From an uncultured Acidobacteriota bacterium (GTDB lineage: Bacteria; Acidobacteriota; Vicinamibacteria; Vicinamibacterales; UBA8438): a stretch of 64,000 nucleotides of DNA. Numbering within the stretch: the stretch's first letter is position 1; every line of letters starts with the position of its first letter. Position numbers and translations under genes: made by a program. Below are positions 19,065 to 27,259 of this stretch, in pieces. The stretch covers positions 76,909 through 140,908 of the forward strand of contig CAJWLU010000008.1 of NCBI GenBank assembly GCA_913043225.1, in the 5' to 3' direction. Below the pieces are notes generated by a model that worked only from the letters and a program-made list of their open reading frames with translations, was not told the DNA's origin and did not search any database.

Positions 19065-20597
19065 GTGACTGCGAAGAGACGACGGAAGAAGCCGGTCGGT
19101 CGCACACGGGGGCGTGGTCAAGGGCAGGAAGGGAGCGCTCGCTCTGTCTCTGATGTGGGACACCGTTCGGTGTTGACCACTAGGAGAGTGGTGTACGGGG
19201 CCATGGTGGCGGGCCTCGTCCTCTTCTTGTCGGTTGCTGCTGGGCAGTTCTCGTTCCTTAGCGACCGACAGCCGGCCAGTGTCGAGGCTGGTCTATCCGA
19301 GCCGGTGGACGCTCCGGCGGAGTCTGAGTCTGTCCAGACGCCGACCCTGCCGCTCCCTACAAGCTCGAGCTCCGAGCTAGCCATACCGGTTAATGACCCC
19401 GTGCTGGTAATGGATCCATGGGCGCGCTATGCCTCCAACGAGCTGCTTGGCAAGGTTCTGTTGCCAGAAGGGAGCGACGCGTCGGTTGGTGACGGCGGAG
19501 TTGGCTCGGCCGGGTTCGTGGGTCCGCAGGCCTGCGCTGAGTGCCATCGGGGCCGTTATGAGGGCTTTGTCGAGACGTCCCACTATCATTCCTCTCAGGT
19601 CGCCACGGCCGACACGGTCATGGGGGCCTTCGAGACGCCGAGTAACCAGGTGGCGACCCGGGTGCGTCAGCTGGGCTACCGAATGGACACTCGTCCCGAC
19701 GGTCTCTACCAGACGGTCGTCGTTGATGGTCGAGATGCTCACGCCGAGCGGATGGACATCGTCGTGGGGTCAGGCAAGATTGGGCAGAGCTACTTGTACT
19801 GGCGTGATGATGAGCTATTTCAGCTCCCGATCTCCTATCTCACGACGCCGGATTCGTGGATGAATAGTCCGGGCTACCCGGACGGGATGGCCGACTTCAA
19901 GAGGCCGGTGGTCGGCGGATGTCTCCAGTGCCACTCGACATGGTTCGAGGCCAGGAGCGCCGATTTGATGAATCACCGCTTCCTCCCCGAAGGGTTCGTA
20001 CTGGGGGTCACCTGCGAGCGCTGCCACGGTCCTGGCGAGGACCACGTCGCCTACCACCGGGCTCAGCCGGATGATCGTGAAGCCCGACACATCGTCCACC
20101 CGGGCCAGTTACCGAATGAGCGGTTGACTGATATCTGTCGCCAGTGCCACGGCGGGCTCGCGTCACCGACGCGTGCACCTTTTTCGTTCCGCCCTGGGGA
20201 GGATTTGAACGATTACATCGAGCCCCCAGCCGGTCGGCCGGGTATCCATACCAACAATCAGATGCAGCAACTGAGTCTGAGCCGCTGCTTCCAGGAGAGC
20301 GCGGACATGTCGTGCATTACTTGCCACAATCCGCACCAGAACGAACGTGGCAACGACGCGCTGTTCGCCATCCGTTGCCAGCAGTGCCACGAGGCGGCTG
20401 ATCATCCACTCGAGTCAACCGTTGGCGCGACAGCGCTTGGCGAGAACTGTACGAGTTGCCATATGCCCAAGAGCCCGTTGTTAGAGACTCCTCTGCGATC
20501 GAGCGAGGGTGTGGTGTTTCCGGAGATGGTCGATCACTTCATCCGGACTGGAGTCAGCGATCAGGATCTTGTGGAGAGGCTAGCGTCAGAACGCTAG
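19065..20597 (+). CDS. Membrane-anchored multiheme cytochrome c (7 CxxCH)
   Basis: CAECH, CLQCH, CERCH, CRQCH, CITCH, CQQCH, CTSCH; basic N-terminus followed by a TM helix; GSGKIGQSYL motif; start uncertain. Confidence 0.88.
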   Translation: MTAKRRRKKPVGRTRGRGQGQEGSARSVSDVGHRSVLTTRRVVYGAMVAGLVLFLSVAAGQFSFLSDRQPASVEAGLSEPVDAPAESESVQTPTLPLPTSSSSELAIPVNDPVLVMDPWARYASNELLGKVLLPEGSDASVGDGGVGSAGFVGPQACAECHRGRYEGFVETSHYHSSQVATADTVMGAFETPSNQVATRVRQLGYRMDTRPDGLYQTVVVDGRDAHAERMDIVVGSGKIGQSYLYWRDDELFQLPISYLTTPDSWMNSPGYPDGMADFKRPVVGGCLQCHSTWFEARSADLMNHRFLPEGFVLGVTCERCHGPGEDHVAYHRAQPDDREARHIVHPGQLPNERLTDICRQCHGGLASPTRAPFSFRPGEDLNDYIEPPAGRPGIHTNNQMQQLSLSRCFQESADMSCITCHNPHQNERGNDALFAIRCQQCHEAADHPLESTVGATALGENCTSCHMPKSPLLETPLRSSEGVVFPEMVDHFIRTGVSDQDLVERLASER

Positions 20598-21023
20598 GTC
20601 GTCGACGAGGCCCGTGACGGCGCGTAGAGCGAACCGGAGTTCTTGCTGATTGTCCTTGTCGAGCCGCATTCTGAGTGCGCCCTGTGGGAGTGCGCCTGCT
20701 CGGATCGTTAGCCAGTGGGTGCGTGGGCGCGTGCCGACGATCCCACCCCAACGCGAGCCTTCTTCGACCGAGTAGGCCAGTGCGGTGACCTGATCGATGG
20801 GGATAACCGCATAGACCGCCCGTTCCATTCCACGCTTTTCATCGACGAGACGGATCTCACCGGCATCTGCGTCGATCTCGAGCCGCGCATCCCGCTTCTT
20901 CTCGTCTCCACCCCCGTCGGTCACGAAGACGTCCACCTTCCGGAATTCCTGAACGTCGGAGGCGTTGAGTGCCGGCACGGCCAGCGTTGAGAGCGTCGCG
21001 ATCACGATGAGTCGACAGGTCAT
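20586..21023 (-). CDS. Small exported hypothetical protein
   Basis: Signal peptide (LNA-S), upstream agga SD, protein-like composition. Confidence 0.65.
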   Translation of the reverse strand: MTCRLIVIATLSTLAVPALNASDVQEFRKVDVFVTDGGGDEKKRDARLEIDADAGEIRLVDEKRGMERAVYAVIPIDQVTALAYSVEEGSRWGGIVGTRPRTHWLTIRAGALPQGALRMRLDKDNQQELRFALRAVTGLVDDLAF

Positions 21024-21137
21024 CAGCTTTTCCTGTGCTCTATAGTATGTCCGCGCTGCGCTAAACGACGAACTGCGATTTTCGGAGTGAGTAAATGCTC
21101 ACCTTGTTCAGAGAACAGATATAGACTGGTCAGAACG

Positions 21138-23582
21138 ATGTACTCTCATGTTCTCCGCACGCTGCCACTGGCCCTGTTCGCGAGCGTTGCCGCGGCGCAG
21201 CCGTTCGAACACGACCTCCGTCCGCTGGTACGCGATTCGTGCGTCCGGTGCCACGGCGTTCGCACCGTTACGCCGCTGAACCTAGTCGATCTGGATTATG
21301 ACCTGACCGACCGCGAGACCTTTGCCACCTGGGAGAAGGTGTACGAGCGGCTTGAGCGGGGTGAGATGCCGCCCGACACGGCTCCCCAGCCGGCGCGGGC
21401 GATGGTTGACGCGGCGTTGACGTCGCTCGGGTCGGCGTTGACCGACGCGAACCTGTCAGCCCGCGGCGGCCAGCGCACGCCGCTCCGGCGGCTCACTCGC
21501 CTAGAGTACGGTTTCACGATAGCTGACCTGCTCGGCGTGGACGAGGCACTGGGGGCTGAGCTCGCGCAGCTGTTGCCGGCCGAAGCTGATTCTGGTGGGT
21601 TCGACACCGTGGCCGCCAATCAGGCAATGTCGCCCCTGCACGTGCAGAGCTATCTCGCGGCCGCCGATGCTGCGCTCGACGCGGCGCTTCAGGTGGGAGC
21701 CCCACCGCCGATCGAGGCCCGCGTCCGGAACTATCGTCAGTCTGACTATCTGGCTCTGCTCGAAGGTTGTGACTTCCGGGCGTGTGGTGCGATCCGTCAG
21801 CTCGACGACGCCTACGTTGCCTTCTCTGAGGTCGCCTCTACCTTCTCATTCCATACCGGCTGGGCTTCCGAGTTGATCGAGATTCCCGCACCCGGTCGCT
21901 ATAGGGTCTCGGTCGAGGCCTATCCGTTTCAGGCCGATACGGTGGTCACGCTGGCGCTCTATCAGGGGCGTCTGGTCGCGGTGAACGCTGCCATGAACCG
22001 GCTGATCGCCACTATGGATCTGGTCGGCGACGAGAGCCGGACGTTGGAGGTGACACCGTTCCTCTATCCGGGTGATCTGATTGCCCCGGTGCCATTCGAC
22101 AACGAGGCGCCTCCAGGAGACCGGCCCGAGAACTACTTCGCTCCGGAGAAGCACGTGCGGGACTATGAGGGTGAAGGCATCGCACTGAAGTCGATCACGA
22201 TCGACGGTCCTCTCTATGACTCGTGGCCGCCCCCGAGCACGCATGCCCTGCTGTCTGGGATCATGTTCGATGCGAACCACAACGTCGTGCTCTCGAAGAC
22301 ACCCTACGAGCACGTGGTGGACGTCGTCGAGCGGTTCGCGCCCCTGGCCTTCCGTCGGCCGCTGGCTGAGGGCGAGCTCGAAACGTATGCAAGCTTGGCC
22401 GAGCCGCTGCTCGCCGAGGGCCGCTCCTTCGTCGACGCGGTGCGAGTGCCGTTGCGGGCGGTGCTGAGCGCACCCGCGTTCCTGTTCCACGGGGCGGCCG
22501 GGGCGTCCGGTGCGCTCGACGACTTCGAATTGGCCACGCGGCTGTCGTATTTTCTGTGGCGGAGCCAGCCTGACGAAGTGTTGTTCGAGCTGGCGCACTC
22601 GGGGCGGCTGTCGAATCCGGAGATCTTGTCCGGGGAGGTCGAACGGATGCTCGACGATCCGAAGGTCGAGCGGTTCGTACACGACTTTTTTGGGCAGGCA
22701 CTGCGGCTGAACGAGTTGCGCGCCACGAGTCCGGATCCCGGTCTCTACCCGGAGTACGACGACCGTCTGGGGCAGGCGATGGAGCAGGAGACGCAGCTGT
22801 TCCTCGCCGAGTTGATCGCGACCGATGAGGGCGTGGACAGTCTCATCGATGCGGAGTTCACCTTCCTGAACCGTCGACTGGCAGAGCACTACGGCGTCGA
22901 AGGGGTCACCGGCACCGAGATGCGCCAAGTGACACTGCCGGCCGAGAGCCCGCGCGGAGGTCTGCTGACGCAGGCCAGCATCCACAAGATCACGGCGAAC
23001 GGCACGACGACGTCTCCAATCCCGCGCGGCAACTTCGTGCTGTCGAACCTGCTGGGTCGGCCTGCACCCCCACCGCCTGAGGCAGTCGGCGCGCTCGAAC
23101 CGGACACCCGGGGTACTACGACTATCCGCGAACAGCTCGACGCACATCGGAACAGCCCGGTGTGCGCCAGCTGTCACCGCTCCATCGATCCGCCCGGCTT
23201 CGCGCTCGAGTCGTTCGACCCGATCGGTGGGTTCCGTACTCGCTATCGGGTCTCTGGGGGACCGGACGTCGACCGCGGGAACGGGGATCTTCAGCCTGCT
23301 CTCTACGCGGAAGGTCCGGCGGTGGACGCAAGCGGCATCACTCTTGGCGGGCAGCGGTTCACCGGGCTCGAGGAGTACAAGGCGCTGTTGCTTGAGACCG
23401 AGCTCGACGCCGTCGCACGGCACCTCACCACGGAGTTCTTCGTGTTCTCGACCGGCGCCGAGGTAGAATTCGCCGACCGGCCGGCGATCGCAGCGATCGT
23501 GGATGCCGGTCGCACGGACCGTTATCCAATCCGCAGCATGATTCACGGCGTCGTCGCGAGCGATTTATTTCGTCAGCGGTAG
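21138..23582 (+). CDS. DUF1592-type di-heme exported protein, paralog B
   Basis: CVRCH...GEMPP, RLSYFLW, CASCH; near-identical framework to paralog A. Confidence 0.92.
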   Translation: MYSHVLRTLPLALFASVAAAQPFEHDLRPLVRDSCVRCHGVRTVTPLNLVDLDYDLTDRETFATWEKVYERLERGEMPPDTAPQPARAMVDAALTSLGSALTDANLSARGGQRTPLRRLTRLEYGFTIADLLGVDEALGAELAQLLPAEADSGGFDTVAANQAMSPLHVQSYLAAADAALDAALQVGAPPPIEARVRNYRQSDYLALLEGCDFRACGAIRQLDDAYVAFSEVASTFSFHTGWASELIEIPAPGRYRVSVEAYPFQADTVVTLALYQGRLVAVNAAMNRLIATMDLVGDESRTLEVTPFLYPGDLIAPVPFDNEAPPGDRPENYFAPEKHVRDYEGEGIALKSITIDGPLYDSWPPPSTHALLSGIMFDANHNVVLSKTPYEHVVDVVERFAPLAFRRPLAEGELETYASLAEPLLAEGRSFVDAVRVPLRAVLSAPAFLFHGAAGASGALDDFELATRLSYFLWRSQPDEVLFELAHSGRLSNPEILSGEVERMLDDPKVERFVHDFFGQALRLNELRATSPDPGLYPEYDDRLGQAMEQETQLFLAELIATDEGVDSLIDAEFTFLNRRLAEHYGVEGVTGTEMRQVTLPAESPRGGLLTQASIHKITANGTTTSPIPRGNFVLSNLLGRPAPPPPEAVGALEPDTRGTTTIREQLDAHRNSPVCASCHRSIDPPGFALESFDPIGGFRTRYRVSGGPDVDRGNGDLQPALYAEGPAVDASGITLGGQRFTGLEEYKALLLETELDAVARHLTTEFFVFSTGAEVEFADRPAIAAIVDAGRTDRYPIRSMIHGVVASDLFRQR

Positions 23583-23615
23583 AGCAAGGCTGGAGCCGCG
23601 GCGGCAGGAGGCAGG

Positions 23616-26063
23616 ATGAGGAGTCTTTGGTTGTTGCTGGTGGCTCTGGCCCTGGTTCCCGACCTGGCTTATCCCCAGTCGTTCGGGGACGACGTCCGCC
23701 CTCTGCTGCGCGAGTCCTGCGTGCGATGCCACGGTGTTCGTACGGTCACGCCACTCAACCTTGTAGACCTTGGCGACGACCTCACTGATCACGAGACGTT
23801 TCAGGCCTGGGAGAAGGTCTACGACCGGCTCTCACGCGGCGAGATGCCGCCCGCCGCGGCGCCGCCGGCTGACGGCCAGCAGGTCGACGCCGCGCTTGCC
23901 GCGTTGAAGGACGCTCTGACGGAGAGGAGTCTGGCCGAGCGAGGCGAGCAGCGCACGCCGCTGCGCCGTCTCACTCGATTGGAGTACGCCTACACGATCC
24001 AGGATTTGCTGGGCATCGACGATGCGATTGCCTCCGATCTCAGTCAGACGCTGCCGGCGGAGGCCGACTCCGGTGGGTTTGACACGGTCGCTGCCAATCA
24101 GAGCATGTCGCCGCTTCATATCCAGTCCTATCTGGAGGTGGCCGATCGCGCACTCGACACGGCGCTCGCCGTGGGACCACCTCCACCGGTCGATACCTAT
24201 GTGATCGACTATGCAAACTCCAGGTATCTCTATGGGATAAGCCGGGGGAAGGGGCTAGGTATCGGCGTGGTGAAGGAGCTCGACGACGGCTACGCGATGT
24301 TCTTCGATGTGGGGAGCTACATCTTCCACAGCATGACCGAAGGCGTGGCCATTCCCTATCCGGGCCGTTACCGGGTGACGGCCGAGGCCTACCCATATCA
24401 GGCCGACGCTCCGGTCAACTTGATGGTCTATCGGGGGAGGATGTCGGGCCAGGCGGCGTCCCTCGACGGGATGGTGGGCTCGTTCGACCTCACGGGGCCC
24501 CGGACCATCGAGGTCACACCGTTTCTGCGGCCGGGAGAGCTGATCAGCTTCTCACCCGGCGATCTCTCCGGGCTCGACGGGCTGCCGGAGGAGGAGCGTG
24601 GGGGCTATCCACCTGAGGATCCGTTCGACGGCTGGGGTGGGATGCACGGCTATCCCGGGAGTGGCATCGTCCTCAAGACGATGACGATCGAGGGGCCTCT
24701 GCTCGACTCGTGGCCAGCCCCCTCTACGCGGGCCCTGTTACCCGGGGTCGAGTTCGACCGGGACGGCGCGCCGCGGTTCACCCGGTCACAGGACGAGCAC
24801 CTGGTCGATATCGTGGCGTCATTCGCGCCACGCGCCTTCCGCCGGCCGCTCGAAGATGGCGAACTTGATGCCTACGTCGACCTCGGGCGACCGTTGCTGG
24901 CCGAGGGGCGTGCCTTCCTTGAGGCGGTCCGGGTGGCGCTGCGCGCGGTGCTGAGTGCCCCGTCGTTCCTCTATCACGCTGGGTCGCCCGGAGAGCTGGA
25001 CGACTTCAGCCTCGCTACCCGCCTGTCCTACTTCCTGTGGCGCAGCATGCCGGACGCGGAGCTGTTCGACACTGCCAGGGCCGGTCAGCTGGTCGACCCC
25101 AAGGTGCTGCGCCGCCAGGTCGACCGGATGCTCGATGATCCAAAGGCCGAGCGGTTTACCAGAGACTTCGCCGGGCAGGCGTTCCGGCTCTACGAGTTGT
25201 CGGCTACGAGCCCCGATCCCGGCCTCTACCCGGAGTTCGACGACCGCTTGGCCCGGGCGATGGCTCAGGAGACACAGCTGTTCCTGGCCGAGCTGGTCAG
25301 TGAGAACCTCGGAGTCGGTCAGCTGATAGATGCTGACTTCACGTTCCTGAATCGCCGGCTCGCCGAGCACTACGACGTCGATGGTGTGGCTGGTGCGCGG
25401 ATGCGACGGGTTACGCTCCCCCCCGACAGCCCACGCGGCGGGTTGTTGACGCAGGCGAGTATCCATAAGATCACGGCCAACGGCACCACCACATCGCCGA
25501 TTCCACGCGGCAACTTCGTACTGTCGAACCTGCTCGGACGGCCCGCGCCGCCCCCGCCCGCTGAGGTTGGTGCGCTCGAGCCGGACACTCGCGGCACCAC
25601 AACCATACGCGAGCAGCTCGACGCGCACCGCACCAGTCCGGTGTGCGCGAACTGTCACCGGGTCATCGATCCGCCGGGGTTCGCTCTGGAGGCGTTCGAT
25701 CCGATCGGGCAGTTCCGGACGCGGTATCGCACGTCGGGAGGGGAGAACGTCGCCGGAGAATTCAAGCTGTCGGTGCCGGCCCCCTTTACCGAGGGAGGGG
25801 AGGTTGACCCCAGCGGCGTGACGCCAGACGGTGACGCCTTCGCCGGTATCAAGGACTACAAGCGTCTGCTTCTTGAGCGCGAAGTCGACCAGGTCGCCAG
25901 ACATTTGGCATCGAGTCTGCTGGTGTTCGGCACCGGTGCCGAGCAGGCCTTCGCCGATAGAGATACCGTTGAGGCGATCGTCTCCAGCGGTCGCGACCAG
26001 GGGCACCAGGTGCGCACGATGATTCACGAGGTCGTCCAGAGCGATCTGTTCCGTCGTCGGTAA
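23616..26063 (+). CDS. DUF1592-type di-heme exported protein, paralog C
   Basis: ggagg SD; CVRCH, RLSYFLW, CANCH. Confidence 0.92.
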   Translation: MRSLWLLLVALALVPDLAYPQSFGDDVRPLLRESCVRCHGVRTVTPLNLVDLGDDLTDHETFQAWEKVYDRLSRGEMPPAAAPPADGQQVDAALAALKDALTERSLAERGEQRTPLRRLTRLEYAYTIQDLLGIDDAIASDLSQTLPAEADSGGFDTVAANQSMSPLHIQSYLEVADRALDTALAVGPPPPVDTYVIDYANSRYLYGISRGKGLGIGVVKELDDGYAMFFDVGSYIFHSMTEGVAIPYPGRYRVTAEAYPYQADAPVNLMVYRGRMSGQAASLDGMVGSFDLTGPRTIEVTPFLRPGELISFSPGDLSGLDGLPEEERGGYPPEDPFDGWGGMHGYPGSGIVLKTMTIEGPLLDSWPAPSTRALLPGVEFDRDGAPRFTRSQDEHLVDIVASFAPRAFRRPLEDGELDAYVDLGRPLLAEGRAFLEAVRVALRAVLSAPSFLYHAGSPGELDDFSLATRLSYFLWRSMPDAELFDTARAGQLVDPKVLRRQVDRMLDDPKAERFTRDFAGQAFRLYELSATSPDPGLYPEFDDRLARAMAQETQLFLAELVSENLGVGQLIDADFTFLNRRLAEHYDVDGVAGARMRRVTLPPDSPRGGLLTQASIHKITANGTTTSPIPRGNFVLSNLLGRPAPPPPAEVGALEPDTRGTTTIREQLDAHRTSPVCANCHRVIDPPGFALEAFDPIGQFRTRYRTSGGENVAGEFKLSVPAPFTEGGEVDPSGVTPDGDAFAGIKDYKRLLLEREVDQVARHLASSLLVFGTGAEQAFADRDTVEAIVSSGRDQGHQVRTMIHEVVQSDLFRRR

Positions 26064-26065
26064 CC

Positions 26066-27208
26066 ATGACCGACCTGGCGGGCACGACCACCCGATCTCT
26101 CGCCCCGCTTTTCCGTTCGTTTCCCTTTGGTGCCCGTGAGTTGGCGAACCGGGTGGTCATGGCCCCCATGACCCGAACGCACGCACCACAGCAGACCCCA
26201 GGGCCAGACGTTACCGCCTATTACCGACGACGCGCCGAGGGCGGTACGGGGCTCATCATCACCGAAGGGACGAACCCTGACCATCCAGCCGCCAGTGTTT
26301 CCTCCCGGGTTCCCGCCTTCTTCGGCGAGTCTCCACTGGCTGGCTGGAGGCACGTGGTGGACGAGGTGCATGCGGCTGGCGCCGCCATCGCGCCGCAACT
26401 CTGGCACACCGGATCGATGCGACTCTCGCGCACCGGCCCCCCAAATCCGGAGCTTCCAGGATTCGCGCCCTCGGCGATTCCGCACCCGTCCCACCCCGAG
26501 GCCGACGCCGAGATTCCCCACGCCATGACCCACGCGGACATCGACGAGATGATCGCGTCGTTCGCCCGGGCGGCTGGGGTTGCCCGCGAGATCGGGTTCG
26601 ATGGTGTGGAGCTGCACGGGGCGCACGGTTATCTTGTTGATGCGTTTTCCTGGACCGCGACCAATCAGCGCACCGATGAGTACGGGGGCTCGCTCGATGC
26701 GCGGACACGGTTCGCCACCGAGCTCGTTGCGGCAGTGCGGACGGCGGTGGGGCAGGATTTCCCGCTGATCTTCCGGTTCTCACAATGGAAGCGGGGCGCC
26801 TACGACCACAAGGTGGCGACGACCCCCGCCGAGCTCGACCGCTGGCTCATGCCGCTGGTCGAGGCGGGCGTCGACATGCTCCACGCCAGCACCCGTCGGC
26901 TCGACGAGCCGGAGTTTGACGGTTCTGGGCTGAACCTGGCCGGTTGGGCGAAGAAGATCACGGGCCTTCCCACGATCACGGTGGGCAGTGTGGGCCTCGA
27001 CATCGACTATGTGATGTCGCGCGAGGGAAGCGATGCGCGGAAGGTGGGTATGGATCGCCTGCTCGAACGGCTCGAACGCGACGAGTTCGATCTGGTTGCC
27101 GTGGGTCGTGCGCTGCTCGCCGACCCGGCCTGGGCGGCCAAGCTCCGCGATGGGCAGGAGGCCGACATCGTCGGCTTCGAGCGGGAGCATCTCACCCGCT
27201 ACTATTAG
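26066..27208 (+). CDS. NADH:flavin oxidoreductase (old yellow enzyme family)
   Basis: NRVVMAPMTR, GLIITEG, GFDGVELHGAHGYL, NQRTDEYGGS, AVGRALLADP. Confidence 0.93.
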   Translation: MTDLAGTTTRSLAPLFRSFPFGARELANRVVMAPMTRTHAPQQTPGPDVTAYYRRRAEGGTGLIITEGTNPDHPAASVSSRVPAFFGESPLAGWRHVVDEVHAAGAAIAPQLWHTGSMRLSRTGPPNPELPGFAPSAIPHPSHPEADAEIPHAMTHADIDEMIASFARAAGVAREIGFDGVELHGAHGYLVDAFSWTATNQRTDEYGGSLDARTRFATELVAAVRTAVGQDFPLIFRFSQWKRGAYDHKVATTPAELDRWLMPLVEAGVDMLHASTRRLDEPEFDGSGLNLAGWAKKITGLPTITVGSVGLDIDYVMSREGSDARKVGMDRLLERLERDEFDLVAVGRALLADPAWAAKLRDGQEADIVGFEREHLTRYY

Positions 27209-27259
27209 CGCTGAGAGTCTGATCCCCGTGGTACGATCACGACTTCGCGAGGTCGACAG

